A stretch of DNA of 62,227 nucleotides from Mollicutes bacterium. Lineage in GTDB: Bacteria > Bacillota_I > Bacilli_A > RF39 > UBA660. This document shows positions 10,432 through 21,084 of the stretch, piece after piece. The stretch covers positions 1-62,227 of the forward strand of contig JAAYPA010000020.1 in assembly GCA_012520055.1 (NCBI GenBank), in the 5' to 3' direction. Each line of letters begins with the position of its first letter. Within the stretch, counting starts at the first letter, position 1. The translations under genes were made by a program, and so were the position numbers. The notes under the pieces are model-generated. The model had not been told where the DNA came from. It saw only the letters and a program-made list of their open reading frames with translations, and ran no database searches.

Positions 10432-11658
10432 ATGAAAATTAAAAATGTTTATGCAAGAGAAATTTTAGATTCAAGGGGTAATCCGACAATTGAAACAGAT
10501 TTAGAACTGGAAAACGGCATTTTAGTAAGATCTGGTGTACCCAGTGGAGCTTCAACTGGAGAAAACGAAGCTTTAGAATTAAGAGATAAAGATTCGGAAA
10601 GATATCATGGTAAAGGAGTATTAACAGCAGTAAATAACGTTAATACCATTATCAAAGATGCTTTAATAGGTAAAGATTTAAATCAAGAAGAGATTGACAA
10701 TTTATTATTGGAATTAGATGGAACACCTAATAAAAGTAAGTTGGGTGCCAATGCGATTCTTTCTGTATCGTTATGTGTGCTAAAAGCATTAGCAAAATTA
10801 AATAATCAAGAAATATATGAATACTTTGGTAAAGCAGGAGCGCTTCCTATTCCGATGATGAATATTATAAATGGTGGGGTTCATGCCAGTAGTGGTTTGG
10901 AAATCCAAGAATTTATGATTGTTCCTAAACAATCTACTTTTAAAGAAAGATTAAGATGTGGTTCAGAAGTATTCCATACTTTAAAAAAATTGTTAGCAAA
11001 TAATGGTTTTTCTACATCTGTTGGTGATGAAGGTGGTTTTGCACCAAATTTACATACCATCGAAGAAGCTTTAGATTATATTGTTAAAGCTATAAGTGAT
11101 AGTAATTATGTCCCCGGAAAAGATATATGTATTGCCCTAGATTGTGCAGCCAGTGAATTCTTTGATGGAGAAAAATATATAATTAATAAACAAAAAATAA
11201 CTAAGGATGAATTAATAAACTATTATGTGGGATTAATAGAAAAATATCCAATAATCAGTATTGAAGATGCCTTTGCGGAAAATGACATAGAATCTATTCA
11301 AAGATTAACTGCATTAATTGGTAATAAAATAATGTTAGTAGGTGATGATTATTTTGTCACTAACATTAAATATTTACAAAAAGGAATAGATGAAGAATAT
11401 AATAACGCAATCTTACTTAAACCTAATCAAATAGGTTCTGTTACAGAAATGCTAAAAACTATTGAACTGGCTAAGAAAAATAACTATAAGACAATTATTT
11501 CCCATCGTAGCGGAGAAACAGAAGATACAACAATTGCCCATTTAGCTGTTGGTTTGGATTTAGGTTATATAAAAACCGGTTCATTAAGCCGTGGGGAAAG
11601 AATCTGCAAGTATAATGAGCTATTAAGAATTGAAGAGTATAAGGGAAAAAATGAATAA
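10432..11658 (+). CDS. eno: Enolase
   Basis: '[14 protein letters not shown]', '[13 protein letters not shown]'. ATG 10432 follows SD 'ggtgag'. Confidence 0.97.
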   Translation: MKIKNVYAREILDSRGNPTIETDLELENGILVRSGVPSGASTGENEALELRDKDSERYHGKGVLTAVNNVNTIIKDALIGKDLNQEEIDNLLLELDGTPNKSKLGANAILSVSLCVLKALAKLNNQEIYEYFGKAGALPIPMMNIINGGVHASSGLEIQEFMIVPKQSTFKERLRCGSEVFHTLKKLLANNGFSTSVGDEGGFAPNLHTIEEALDYIVKAISDSNYVPGKDICIALDCAASEFFDGEKYIINKQKITKDELINYYVGLIEKYPIISIEDAFAENDIESIQRLTALIGNKIMLVGDDYFVTNIKYLQKGIDEEYNNAILLKPNQIGSVTEMLKTIELAKKNNYKTIISHRSGETEDTTIAHLAVGLDLGYIKTGSLSRGERICKYNELLRIEEYKGKNE

Positions 11659-12058
11659 TATTATAGATGTAATTAATGAAATTAATAATATCTTTGATAC
11701 TGAATTTTCAGGTAGGGGATTTTTAACAGGAAGTTATCATGATGCTGTTTCCTTTTTTACAACTGGAGCTTGTTGGTATTATGCCTATTTACTTAAACAA
11801 GTTTTTCCAGAAGGGAAGATTATTATTAGCGATGATGAACACCATGCTATCTTTGAATTAGATGGAAGTTATTATGATGTTACTGGAATAAGAAAACCAT
11901 TTGCAGGAAATTATTTTGTCGATGATGAAGTAAGAGGGTCTCCGGCCTATGACCATAGCGATCATGGAAATGTAATGCAAATGATAGAATATATGATTGC
12001 TAAACTAGAAGAAAATAGTCTTGTCCAAAAAACTGAAGAAAAAAAATTTGTAAAATAA
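11651..12058 (+). CDS. Small conserved-looking protein of unknown function, translationally coupled to eno
   Basis: ATG 11651 overlaps the eno stop by 8 nt. It contains '[10 protein letters not shown]...[17 protein letters not shown]', a Cys/His/Asp arrangement. Confidence 0.5.
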   Translation: MNNIIDVINEINNIFDTEFSGRGFLTGSYHDAVSFFTTGACWYYAYLLKQVFPEGKIIISDDEHHAIFELDGSYYDVTGIRKPFAGNYFVDDEVRGSPAYDHSDHGNVMQMIEYMIAKLEENSLVQKTEEKKFVK

Positions 12059-12067
12059 GGTGAGAAT

Positions 12068-13423
12068 ATGATATGGAAAGTACGTGACATAGTAAAAATT
12101 TGTAACGGAAAATTATATTGTGGTGATGAAAATGTAACATGTCAAAAATTTTCTAATGATACCCGAACTATAAATAATGGGGATATATACATTGGTATTA
12201 AAGGAGATCAGTTTGACGGTAATTCCTTTTATCAAGATGCTTTTGAAAAAGGAGCAGGGGCTTGCATATTAGAAAAATCCTATGAAAGTGAAATTAAGGT
12301 TACAGATAAACCCATTATCATAGTTAAAGATTCAATAGAAGCCTTAAAGAATTTGGCTATGGCCAAGTTAGAAATTTATAAACCTAAAGTTATCGCAGTA
12401 ACCGGGAGCGTAGGTAAAACCAGTACAAGAGATATGATTTATAGCATAATTTCTAAAAAGTATAAAACTTTAATACCGGAAAAAAATTATAATAATCATA
12501 TTGGACTTCCTTTAACTATTTTAAAATTACAAGATGAAGAAATAATTCTTTTAGAAATGGGAATGAATCACTTAGGTGAAATAGAATATCTTTCTAATAT
12601 CGCTAAACCGGATGTTGCTGTGATTACGAATATTTTACCAGTACACATTGAAAACTTAGGAAGCATGGAAAATATTTTAAAAGCAAAATTAGAAATAACT
12701 TCAGGATTAAAAAAAGACGGAATACTAATAATCAATAATGATGATGAATACTTACATAATGCTAAAATAGATTTTTCAAATATTATTACTTGTGGTATTA
12801 AGAATAATTCTACTTTTAAAGCATTGGATATTAATGATACTGATTTTGAAGTTAATATAAAGAATAAAAATTTTCAATTTGTTAACTCTATAGGAACAAA
12901 TGGGTATTTATTAAACAGTTTAATTGCCATTGCTGTCGGAGTTCATTTTGATATTCAAGTAAAAGATATTGAGGAAGCTTTACGTGAATGCAAATTAACT
13001 AGTGGTCGTTTGGAAAAATTACATTCAAACAAAGGAGCACTAATTATAAATGATTCATATAATGCCAATGCTACTTCTATGATTAATTCTCTAGAATATC
13101 TTAAAAAAGAAAAGGGAGAACGCAAAATAGCAATTCTCGGTGATATTAACGAACTTGGTGATTATGCTAAAGAAGAACATTCTAAGGTTGGAAAATATCT
13201 TGCTGAAAATTCAATAGATTATTTAATTACAATTGGAAATAACGCTAAATATATAAGTGATGAAGCCAGTAAGTGTATGAAAAATATTAAATATTTTGAA
13301 ACCAAAGAAGAAGCTAAAGAGTTTATTAAACAATTAATAAAACCAACTGATGCAATAGTTATAAAAGCTTCAAACAGTTGTAAATTTATTGAACTGGTCA
13401 ATTTTATAAAAGAAAATTGTTAA
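12068..13423 (+). CDS. murF: UDP-MurNAc-tripeptide--D-Ala-D-Ala ligase
   Basis: 'VTGSVGKTSTRDM', 'NDSYNANATSM'. Mur ligase domain order. Confidence 0.92.
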   Translation: MIWKVRDIVKICNGKLYCGDENVTCQKFSNDTRTINNGDIYIGIKGDQFDGNSFYQDAFEKGAGACILEKSYESEIKVTDKPIIIVKDSIEALKNLAMAKLEIYKPKVIAVTGSVGKTSTRDMIYSIISKKYKTLIPEKNYNNHIGLPLTILKLQDEEIILLEMGMNHLGEIEYLSNIAKPDVAVITNILPVHIENLGSMENILKAKLEITSGLKKDGILIINNDDEYLHNAKIDFSNIITCGIKNNSTFKALDINDTDFEVNIKNKNFQFVNSIGTNGYLLNSLIAIAVGVHFDIQVKDIEEALRECKLTSGRLEKLHSNKGALIINDSYNANATSMINSLEYLKKEKGERKIAILGDINELGDYAKEEHSKVGKYLAENSIDYLITIGNNAKYISDEASKCMKNIKYFETKEEAKEFIKQLIKPTDAIVIKASNSCKFIELVNFIKENC

Positions 13424-13447
13424 CACACTACTGTAGTGTGTTTTTTA
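13422..13447 (+). terminator. Intrinsic terminator after murF
   Basis: Stem aacacacta/tagtgtgtt, loop ctg, T-run. The identical stem recurs at 46925-46945. Confidence 0.8.
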
Positions 13448-13529
13448 TATAGCTAACGTAACTTGTAAAAATTGTCACAAAAAAAAGATATAATTATTTT
13501 TTCATAATTTTTTTAAAATACTTCTTATT

Positions 13530-14093
13530 TTAAATTTGTGTATTGTCTTCGATGCGGATATATGCTTTTAAAGTTTTTTCTTGATCTTCGTTTTGAATAT
13601 AAGGCTCATTTAGAAAATAAATTTCTAATTTATAAGTATGAGTTTTGTTACCATTTGTAGGAACATCATAAGAACCAACTCCTAATTCGATTGTTTTAAC
13701 ACCAGTACCTAAATTGGTCAAATCTATATTTGGGGCAACTGTTCCGTTGTTATCTGTATTAGTACTTATTAATTTATATTTTAAAGATTCCTCACTAAAA
13801 TCATTATATTCAACGATTAATATCATTTTATAACTCATTGGGACTGCGGTAGTGTTGTTACCGGTAACAGTGAATATTTTAATAGCTTTTGGCTCGTCAC
13901 CAGGAATAATATCAGATATATTAATATCGTTTCCTCCATCATAGACAATATTCATTGAACCACCAGTTACGGTAATAGTATCTGATGTTTCGCCACCAAC
14001 TAACTGGGCGGTAAAATATGCAAATGTTATACCGATAGTTAATAATAAAGCTACAGTAAATATAGATACTGATAGAGTAGAACGATTTTTCAT
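13530..14093 (-). CDS. Secreted protein with a TasA/camelysin-type (SipW-class) signal peptide; function unknown
   Basis: N-terminal TM followed by 'TFAYFTAQ'. The rest is beta-rich. It is a paralogue of 43980..44537. Confidence 0.55.
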   Translation of the reverse strand: MKNRSTLSVSIFTVALLLTIGITFAYFTAQLVGGETSDTITVTGGSMNIVYDGGNDINISDIIPGDEPKAIKIFTVTGNNTTAVPMSYKMILIVEYNDFSEESLKYKLISTNTDNNGTVAPNIDLTNLGTGVKTIELGVGSYDVPTNGNKTHTYKLEIYFLNEPYIQNEDQEKTLKAYIRIEDNTQI

Positions 14094-14266
14094 TATATCT
14101 TCACCATAAAAAAATTATATCAACATCAGTTTCTCTAAAGCAACGAAAAAGATTGACAAGTTATGTTAATAAAAATCAGAAAATGTTATAAAATAATATA
14201 AGTACTAGTTTTTATTTGATTTTAGTTAAAAAATATGTTAAATTAGTTAAGAAATTGGGTGAGTTT

Positions 14267-14482
14267 ATGGAAACATTATTATTAATTGTATCAATATTAT
14301 TAATAGCAATTGTTTTATTACAAAGTAATAAAGCATCAGATGCCAGTCAAATTATAACCGGCGGAAATGCAGAGTTATTTCAAAATCAAAAAGAAAGAGG
14401 CTCTGAACTATTAATAACTCGTATTACATTGATATTAGGTTTAGCATTTTTCGTTTTATCATTTATTTTATATATCAGTTAA
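14267..14482 (+). CDS. secG: Preprotein translocase subunit SecG
   Basis: 71 aa with two TM helices. 'LLIVSILLIAIVLLQSNKA...GG' is a typical SecG start. SD 'gggtgag'. Confidence 0.85.
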   Translation: METLLLIVSILLIAIVLLQSNKASDASQIITGGNAELFQNQKERGSELLITRITLILGLAFFVLSFILYIS

Positions 14483-14582
14483 AATGTATACAATCTTTAA
14501 AATTAGAATTAGTAGTGCCAAGTAAGGCGCTTTTTTTATAGAAAAGATTAGTTTATGCTATAATAAAAATAGGAGATTGTGT

Positions 14583-16691
14583 ATGAAAAACGAAATATTA
14601 AAAATACTAAACAGTCAGTATGAAGCCTTAGATTTAATGAAAATTAATGATATGCTAGAGCTAACTAGTGCCAAAGAGTACCTTGAACTACAAAATGAAA
14701 TAGAAAAGTTAGTAAATGAGCATATTGTTTTTAGAACAAAAAAAGAAAAATATATTCTATATAAAAATTGCCCAAACTTAAAAGTCGGAAAACTAAGTAT
14801 CAATAAAAGAGGAAGTGGTTTTCTTTTACTCGAAGGTGATGACTTATATATTAATTATAATAACTTAAATGGAGCTACTAATGGTGATATTGTTTTGGCT
14901 GAAACTTTTTTATATAATAATGAAACAGAAGGTAAGGTTTTAAAAATCTTAGAACGTAATACTAAAAACATTATTGGATCAATCTATTATAAAAATAATA
15001 AACCATACTTAAAGTTAGATGATGATAAGAAATCTATAAATATTGAATTAGATCATCATAGTACCATAAATTGTGTAGATGGAACTAAAGTATTAGTTAA
15101 TACCGTAAAAGAACTAGGTAATAATAAATATTTAGGAACTGTAGTAAAGATAATTGGGCATATCCATGATCCGGGTGTCGATATTAAATCTATTGCTTAT
15201 AAGTATGGAATTTTTGAAGATTTTAGCAAAGAAACCGAAGAACAAGTAAATAAAATTCCAACTGAAGTATTAGATAAACACTTAGTAAATCGCAAAGATT
15301 TAACTAATGAAATAATTTTTACTATTGATGGTGATGACACTAAGGATATAGATGATGCTATTAGTTTTAAATATGAAAATGGAATTTATCATTTAGGAGT
15401 ACATATTGCTGATGTCAGTTATTATGTAACTGAAGATTCTCCACTTGATCAGGATGCCTATGCAAGAGGAACAAGTTCATATTTAGCAGACTCAGTTATT
15501 CCAATGCTCCCTCATAAATTATCTAATGGTATTTGTTCTTTAAATCCAGATGTATTAAGACTTACTATATCTTGTGAAATGAAAATAGATGAAAAAGGAA
15601 ATGTAATTAGTTATGATATTTTCCCTTCTTATATAAAATCTAAAAAAAGAATGACCTATAAAAAGGTTAATGATATCTTAATGAGAGATATTGTTCCAGA
15701 AGGTTATGAAAAATATGCAGATACTCTAAAAGATATGAACCATTTAGCCAAAATACTTAGAGAACATAAAATTGAAAGAGGCTATATTGATTTTGATTTA
15801 GAAGAAGCCAAATTAATAGTTGATGAAAAAGGTAAATGTATTGATGTAGTAAAAAGAATCCGTGAAGATGGAGAAAAACTAATTGAAGATTTTATGATTG
15901 CTGCAAATGAAACAGTAGCAAGACATATTTATAATATGGGACTACCGTTTATTTATCGTATTCATGGAAAACCGAAACCAGAAAAAATTGATTCCTTTAT
16001 GCGTTTAGTAAAATTATTGGGATATCAATTAATAGGAAAATTTAAAGATATGAATTCTAAATCAATGCAAAAGATTTTAAGTCAATTAAGTGATAAACCG
16101 GAGTATGATATTTTAGCCTCTATATTACTTCGTAGTATGCAAAAAGCAATATATGCCCCAGATAATATTGGTCACTTTGGTTTAGGTAGTCAGTGTTATA
16201 CTCACTTTACCAGTCCGATAAGAAGATATCCGGATTTAATAGTTCATCGTTTACTTCGTGAATATTTATTTGAAGCTAATATCAATAATGAAATTATAGA
16301 AAAATGGGAAAATCGTTTACCGGAGATTGGTATGCAAACTTCTCAAAGAGAACAAGACGCCGTAGAAGCTGAGCGAGAAGTTGATGATATGAAAAAAGCT
16401 GAATATATGGAAAGTCATGTTGGTGAGATTTATAGCGGTATTATATCAGGAGTAACTAATTTTGGATTTTTTGTGGAACTGCCAAATACCGTAGAAGGTT
16501 TAGTTCATATTAATTCTTTAATTGGAGATTACTATGCTTATGTACCTGATTTAATGGCTATTATAGGACAAAATACTAAAAAAACTTATCGTCTTGGTTC
16601 TAAAATTACAATCAAAGTTATCGGAGCAAGCAAAGAAGCACAAACAATTGATTTTGAAATTTATGGTGGTGCAAAAAATGGAAATAAATAA
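14583..16691 (+). CDS. rnr: Ribonuclease R
   Basis: RNB domain ('[13 protein letters not shown]', 'HFGL....[14 protein letters not shown]') plus a C-terminal S1 domain. SD aggag lies 7 nt before ATG 14583. Confidence 0.95.
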   Translation: MKNEILKILNSQYEALDLMKINDMLELTSAKEYLELQNEIEKLVNEHIVFRTKKEKYILYKNCPNLKVGKLSINKRGSGFLLLEGDDLYINYNNLNGATNGDIVLAETFLYNNETEGKVLKILERNTKNIIGSIYYKNNKPYLKLDDDKKSINIELDHHSTINCVDGTKVLVNTVKELGNNKYLGTVVKIIGHIHDPGVDIKSIAYKYGIFEDFSKETEEQVNKIPTEVLDKHLVNRKDLTNEIIFTIDGDDTKDIDDAISFKYENGIYHLGVHIADVSYYVTEDSPLDQDAYARGTSSYLADSVIPMLPHKLSNGICSLNPDVLRLTISCEMKIDEKGNVISYDIFPSYIKSKKRMTYKKVNDILMRDIVPEGYEKYADTLKDMNHLAKILREHKIERGYIDFDLEEAKLIVDEKGKCIDVVKRIREDGEKLIEDFMIAANETVARHIYNMGLPFIYRIHGKPKPEKIDSFMRLVKLLGYQLIGKFKDMNSKSMQKILSQLSDKPEYDILASILLRSMQKAIYAPDNIGHFGLGSQCYTHFTSPIRRYPDLIVHRLLREYLFEANINNEIIEKWENRLPEIGMQTSQREQDAVEAEREVDDMKKAEYMESHVGEIYSGIISGVTNFGFFVELPNTVEGLVHINSLIGDYYAYVPDLMAIIGQNTKKTYRLGSKITIKVIGASKEAQTIDFEIYGGAKNGNK

Positions 16692-17109
16692 TCGTAAAGC
16701 TTATTTTGATTATTTTGTGGAAAAAGAAGAAGAAGCAGGCATTTCTTTAACCGGTACCGAAATCAAATCAGTACGCAAAGGAAGTGTTGATTTAAAAGAT
16801 TCCTATGTCAGAATAAGAAATGGTGAAGCTTTTGTTATAAACCTGTATATTGCTAAATATGAAGAAGGTAATAGATTTAATCATGATGAAAGAAGAACCA
16901 GAAAATTATTACTCCATAAAAAAGAAATAAAAAAACTATATGATGATGCTAATGTAGATGGTTATACTCTAATTCCTTTAAAAATGTATTTAAAAAATGG
17001 TAAAGCTAAATTATTAATAGGAATATGTAAAGGAAAACATACCTATGACAAAAGACAATCTTTAAAAGAAAAAGAATTAAAAAAGGAATCGAGAATCAAT
17101 GTTTATTAA
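16678..17109 (+). CDS. smpB: SsrA-binding protein SmpB
   Basis: '[27 protein letters not shown]', '[12 protein letters not shown]'. It overlaps the rnr 3' end. Confidence 0.95.
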   Translation: MEINNRKAYFDYFVEKEEEAGISLTGTEIKSVRKGSVDLKDSYVRIRNGEAFVINLYIAKYEEGNRFNHDERRTRKLLLHKKEIKKLYDDANVDGYTLIPLKMYLKNGKAKLLIGICKGKHTYDKRQSLKEKELKKESRINVY

Positions 17110-18925
17110 AAAATTGTTTATAGTATTCATAGGTATAACATTACTATATACAAATAAAGTTGAAGGTTTAAGTAAATCAGTAATTGATATTACCAAAATG
17201 AATCTTCAAGAAATCAGTGAAGCTTTAAATCAGAAAATAATTACCAGTGAAGAACTAGTAAAACTTTATTTAGAAAGAATCGAAGCTTATGATAAAGATT
17301 TTAATGCCATTATTAGTATTAATGAAAATGCAATAAATGAAGCTAAAGAATTAGATGAATTAAGAAGTAAAGGAAAAATTAAGTCATTACTTCATGGTAT
17401 TCCGATAATTGTTAAAGATAATATTGATGTAACCTTATTGCCCACTACAGCAGGTGCTAAAGCTTTAAAAGATAATTACCCAAAAGCTAATGCTTTTGTT
17501 ATTCAAAGATTGATGGATGCGGGAGTTATTATTCTTGCTAAAGCTAATATGAGTGAGTTTGCCTTTGAAGCAGTATCATCACGAAGTAGTTATGGAACGG
17601 TAAAAAATGCTTATAATCCTGAATATTCAGCATATGGATCAAGTGGGGGTTCGGCGGTTTCCGTTGCTTTAAATTTTGCTCCAGCTGCATTAGGTACAGA
17701 TACTAATTCATCAATAAGATTACCGGCAGCAGCAACCAATTTGGTGGGCTTTAGGCCAACTGTTGGTCTAATTAGTCGCACGGGAGTGCTGCCTTATGAT
17801 CCGGAAAGAGATACCATAGGTACTTTAACTAAAACTGTTGATGATGCTATGCTTATTATTAACATTATTAATGGATATGATAAAAATGATTATAAATCAA
17901 TAAATCAAGATACAAAAAATTATATTTTCCAAAAAAAAGACTTAAAAGGTATAACCATTGGTATACCGACAGATTTTCTAATCGGATCAGATGAAAATAA
18001 ATTACCGGAAAATAAAGAAACATATTCAGAAATTAAAGAATTAATGCAGCAAGCTATTGAGAAGTTACAAGCATCTCAGGCTAAAATAGTTTATTTAGAT
18101 AATTATTACAATTATGAAACAGATTACTGGTTTTTATCCTCTTTAAGTGGTTATTTAATATGTGACAGTTTTAATAAATATATTAAGAATACTACCGGCA
18201 CAATTAGAAGTTTCAATGATTTATATTTATCTAACGAAAAAATTACCTATTTTGGTGATTACATTGATTCATGTGATAGTCCGCCAGAAAAACTAGAAGA
18301 AAAAAATATTTTAAAAGAAGATTATCGTAAATATATAGAAAACATCATGATAGAAAACAATATTGATGTGATGATGTATCCTACTACTAAAAATAAATTA
18401 TTAAAAAGAGGTGCAACTACTAAATCTCAAAATTTATCAGCTCATGCTTCTTCTACAATCAATTATCCGGCTATTACCTTACCACTTGGTTTTGATGAAA
18501 ATAATTTACCATATGGTATTGAATTTATGGCAAAAACGAATGAAGAACAATTACTATTTGATATAGCAAACATTTATGAAAAGTTAAATGGTAATAATCT
18601 ATCCTCTCCTCTTGCTCCATCTTTATATGAAATTCCTAAGGAAGCAGAAGAATTAGTCGATAATTATAAAAATATCTTCAATAAAAACAAAAAAACCAAA
18701 CAAGAAAAATCATGGCTTATTAAAGTTCAAAATATTTTTCGAAATTATTCTGAAGAAAAAAATTTTGAAAAAATAAATATGTTAAACATAGAATATTCTA
18801 ATATAGAAAAAACAGTTATTTCTAAGACATTACCAATAGTGTATATTTTCATAGGATTGTTTTTTCTTCAAAAAATAATAAAAAATACGAAACTTAAGCC
18901 TAAAAGACTGAAAAAACATAAATAA
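17099..18925 (+). CDS. Amidase-signature (AS) family amidase with an N-terminal signal peptide and a C-terminal membrane anchor
   Basis: '[10 protein letters not shown]', '[11 protein letters not shown]'. N-terminus '[23 protein letters not shown]' and C-terminus '[17 protein letters not shown]' followed by a basic tail. Confidence 0.8.
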   Translation: MFIKKLFIVFIGITLLYTNKVEGLSKSVIDITKMNLQEISEALNQKIITSEELVKLYLERIEAYDKDFNAIISINENAINEAKELDELRSKGKIKSLLHGIPIIVKDNIDVTLLPTTAGAKALKDNYPKANAFVIQRLMDAGVIILAKANMSEFAFEAVSSRSSYGTVKNAYNPEYSAYGSSGGSAVSVALNFAPAALGTDTNSSIRLPAAATNLVGFRPTVGLISRTGVLPYDPERDTIGTLTKTVDDAMLIINIINGYDKNDYKSINQDTKNYIFQKKDLKGITIGIPTDFLIGSDENKLPENKETYSEIKELMQQAIEKLQASQAKIVYLDNYYNYETDYWFLSSLSGYLICDSFNKYIKNTTGTIRSFNDLYLSNEKITYFGDYIDSCDSPPEKLEEKNILKEDYRKYIENIMIENNIDVMMYPTTKNKLLKRGATTKSQNLSAHASSTINYPAITLPLGFDENNLPYGIEFMAKTNEEQLLFDIANIYEKLNGNNLSSPLAPSLYEIPKEAEELVDNYKNIFNKNKKTKQEKSWLIKVQNIFRNYSEEKNFEKINMLNIEYSNIEKTVISKTLPIVYIFIGLFFLQKIIKNTKLKPKRLKKHK

Positions 18926-18979
18926 ATATTTATGTTTTTTATTTTTAATGTATAATTTTGAATAAAAGGGAGTCTAGTA

Positions 18980-19687
18980 GTGATGGTGAAGTTTATTGTA
19001 GTTGATGACAATAGTGAATTTCAAAATATTATTTGTAAAGTGATAGATAATACCATGTTTAAAACCGAAGAAGAATATTATATTGAAAAATACAATAAAT
19101 ACTGCTGTGATTTACATAAGGCTATCGTGGATTGTTCAACTCAAAAAATTTATATTTTAGACATTGATTTAGGTCACTTACATTCCGGATTGGATATTGC
19201 TAAAGAAATCCGTAAGTATGATTGGGATGGAGAAATAATTTTTATTACCAGTCATGATAAGATGTTTGAAACAGTTTATCGTAATATTTTTAAAGTCTTT
19301 GATTTTATTGAAAAATTTATTTCTCTTGAAGAACGTCTTGCTAAAGATTTAAAAATAATCGTGTCTCAAAAAGCAGATTATGGGAAATTTTATTATTGTA
19401 ATAATAAAACGGATATGCAAATTTATTATAAAGATATTACTTATATTTACCGAGATACTGCCGAAAGAAAATTGGTCATTAAAACTACCAACAATAAATT
19501 TCTTTTAAATAAATCTATTTTAGAAATATCAAAAGAATTAGACAATAGATTTAAACAAGTTCATCGCGCCTGTATTGTTAATAAAGATCGTGTAAATATA
19601 TTTAATTGGTCAAAAGGCTACTTTATTTTAGATAATGGTGAAAAAGTTGATCTTTGTTCTAAAAACTTTAAGGAGAATATCTCGTGA
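18980..19687 (+). CDS. agrA: LytTR-family response regulator (AgrA-like)
   Basis: REC domain ('IVVDDN', 'ILDIDL') plus a LytTR C-terminus ('FKQVHRACIVNKDRV'). Confidence 0.85.
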   Translation: MMVKFIVVDDNSEFQNIICKVIDNTMFKTEEEYYIEKYNKYCCDLHKAIVDCSTQKIYILDIDLGHLHSGLDIAKEIRKYDWDGEIIFITSHDKMFETVYRNIFKVFDFIEKFISLEERLAKDLKIIVSQKADYGKFYYCNNKTDMQIYYKDITYIYRDTAERKLVIKTTNNKFLLNKSILEISKELDNRFKQVHRACIVNKDRVNIFNWSKGYFILDNGEKVDLCSKNFKENIS

Positions 19688-20946
19688 CTGATATAAATAA
19701 TTTCCCCGGTTTTTTAACTATCGTATTTAGTTATTTTGTCTTTTTATATGCCTATGGTTATTTTAATGATATTAAAGTTATAATCAACTATAAAACTTTT
19801 TTCATTATTTTGTTATCTTCAATTTTAATCTTTATTAATAATCTTTATAATGACCAATATTTAAAGATTCCGGTAGCTTTTTGTATTTTAACTTTTTTCT
19901 TTTATTATATATTTAATACTTCTATCTTTGAAAATATGTTTTTAAGTTTTTTTATAGGATTAACATCCTTAGTTGTTGAATTTATTTTATCTATTTTTGT
20001 TTGTTTAGCTATATTAAATATATCCGATATAAATGATAGTTATTTATTAAAAGATTGCTTTTCTTTAATCTGTTTTTGGATTTATTATTTTGCACATAGA
20101 ATCCCATTTATAAAAAATATCTATAAAAAAGCATTGAATTTTTTTGAAGGTGCCAAAAAAAGAACCATTTATATTTGTATTTCTTTATTTATTATTTATT
20201 TCTTATATACGGTATATGCTGTCGATTATCCCAATATCAGATTTTATATTTTCAGTCTTATTATAATAATATTAATAAGTACTTTGATTATCTTTTATTT
20301 TAGAGAAGTACACAACAACAGTGTTTTAAATATTAAAAATAAATACTTAACAGAAAATCAAATTATGTATAAAAATCTCATAGATGATTTTAGAATTATA
20401 AAACATAATTTATTAAATGATTTTTTATTTATAAGTACTTTATGTGATATTAATACTCAGCAATTAATCAAAGAAAAAGTATCAAAATATAATTTTAATA
20501 AATATGATTTTAATTTTTTTGATAAATTACCCGAGGGGTTACAAGGAATTTTATTTTTTAAATCCAGTATTGCTCAGAAAAAGAATATTGATTTCTATTT
20601 AGAAAATAATATTAATTCTGAAATTCAGAAATGTATCAAATTATACATTGATTTATGCGAAGCCATTAGTATTGCCTTGGATAATGCAATAGAAGCCAGC
20701 AGTAATGCTAAAATTAAAGCAGTTTATATTAATTTAGATGAGGATAACAACAAAGTTATCATAGAAATATTAAATACTTATAGTAATGATATTGACTTAG
20801 ATAATATTGGTAATAAAAATTATAGTACTAAGATAACTAAAAGTGGACTGGGTTTATATTATATAAAGCATCTAAATAAGGATATTAGTATTAAAACTTC
20901 TTTCATATTTGATTTATTCAAAATCCAAATTACGGCAATAAAATAA
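19684..20946 (+). CDS. agrC: AgrC-like (HPK10) membrane histidine kinase
   Basis: About 6 TM helices, an H-box 'FRIIKHNLLND', and a GHKL ATPase ('LDNAIEAS', 'GLGLYYI'). The start overlaps the regulator stop (GTGA). Confidence 0.8.
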   Translation: MTDINNFPGFLTIVFSYFVFLYAYGYFNDIKVIINYKTFFIILLSSILIFINNLYNDQYLKIPVAFCILTFFFYYIFNTSIFENMFLSFFIGLTSLVVEFILSIFVCLAILNISDINDSYLLKDCFSLICFWIYYFAHRIPFIKNIYKKALNFFEGAKKRTIYICISLFIIYFLYTVYAVDYPNIRFYIFSLIIIILISTLIIFYFREVHNNSVLNIKNKYLTENQIMYKNLIDDFRIIKHNLLNDFLFISTLCDINTQQLIKEKVSKYNFNKYDFNFFDKLPEGLQGILFFKSSIAQKKNIDFYLENNINSEIQKCIKLYIDLCEAISIALDNAIEASSNAKIKAVYINLDEDNNKVIIEILNTYSNDIDLDNIGNKNYSTKITKSGLGLYYIKHLNKDISIKTSFIFDLFKIQITAIK

Positions 20947-20965
20947 GGCTTTATAGCCTTATTTT
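20941..20965. terminator. Bidirectional terminator shared by convergent agrC and agrD
   Basis: Stem ataaggct/agccttat, loop ttat. Both stop codons lie inside the hairpin. Confidence 0.7.
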
Positions 20966-21063
20966 ATTAATGATTTTGGACATTCCGGTTCTTCAAGTAA
21001 CCAGAACCAAGAAGCTGCGGAATAGCCAATTGATTTTCCTAAAGCAGCTATCGCTTCAATCAT
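20959..21063 (-). CDS. agrD: AgrD-type autoinducing-peptide precursor (34 aa, absent from the ORF track)
   Basis: Hand translation gives MIEAIAALGKSIGYSAASWFWLLEEPECPKSLIK. SD 'aaaggag' lies 8 nt upstream, immediately after the agrB stop. The tail 'EEPECPKSL' matches the conserved acidic AgrD tail. Confidence 0.75.
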   Translation of the reverse strand: MIEAIAALGKSIGYSAASWFWLLEEPECPKSLIK

Positions 21064-21084
21064 GAAAACCACTCCTTTCTTTTA

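Noticed and set aside
17100-17400. ssrA (tmRNA) gene expected downstream of smpB
   Set aside because: The amidase CDS starts inside the smpB 3' end, leaving no intergenic space and no 'ggggc...tccacca' tRNA-like ends.
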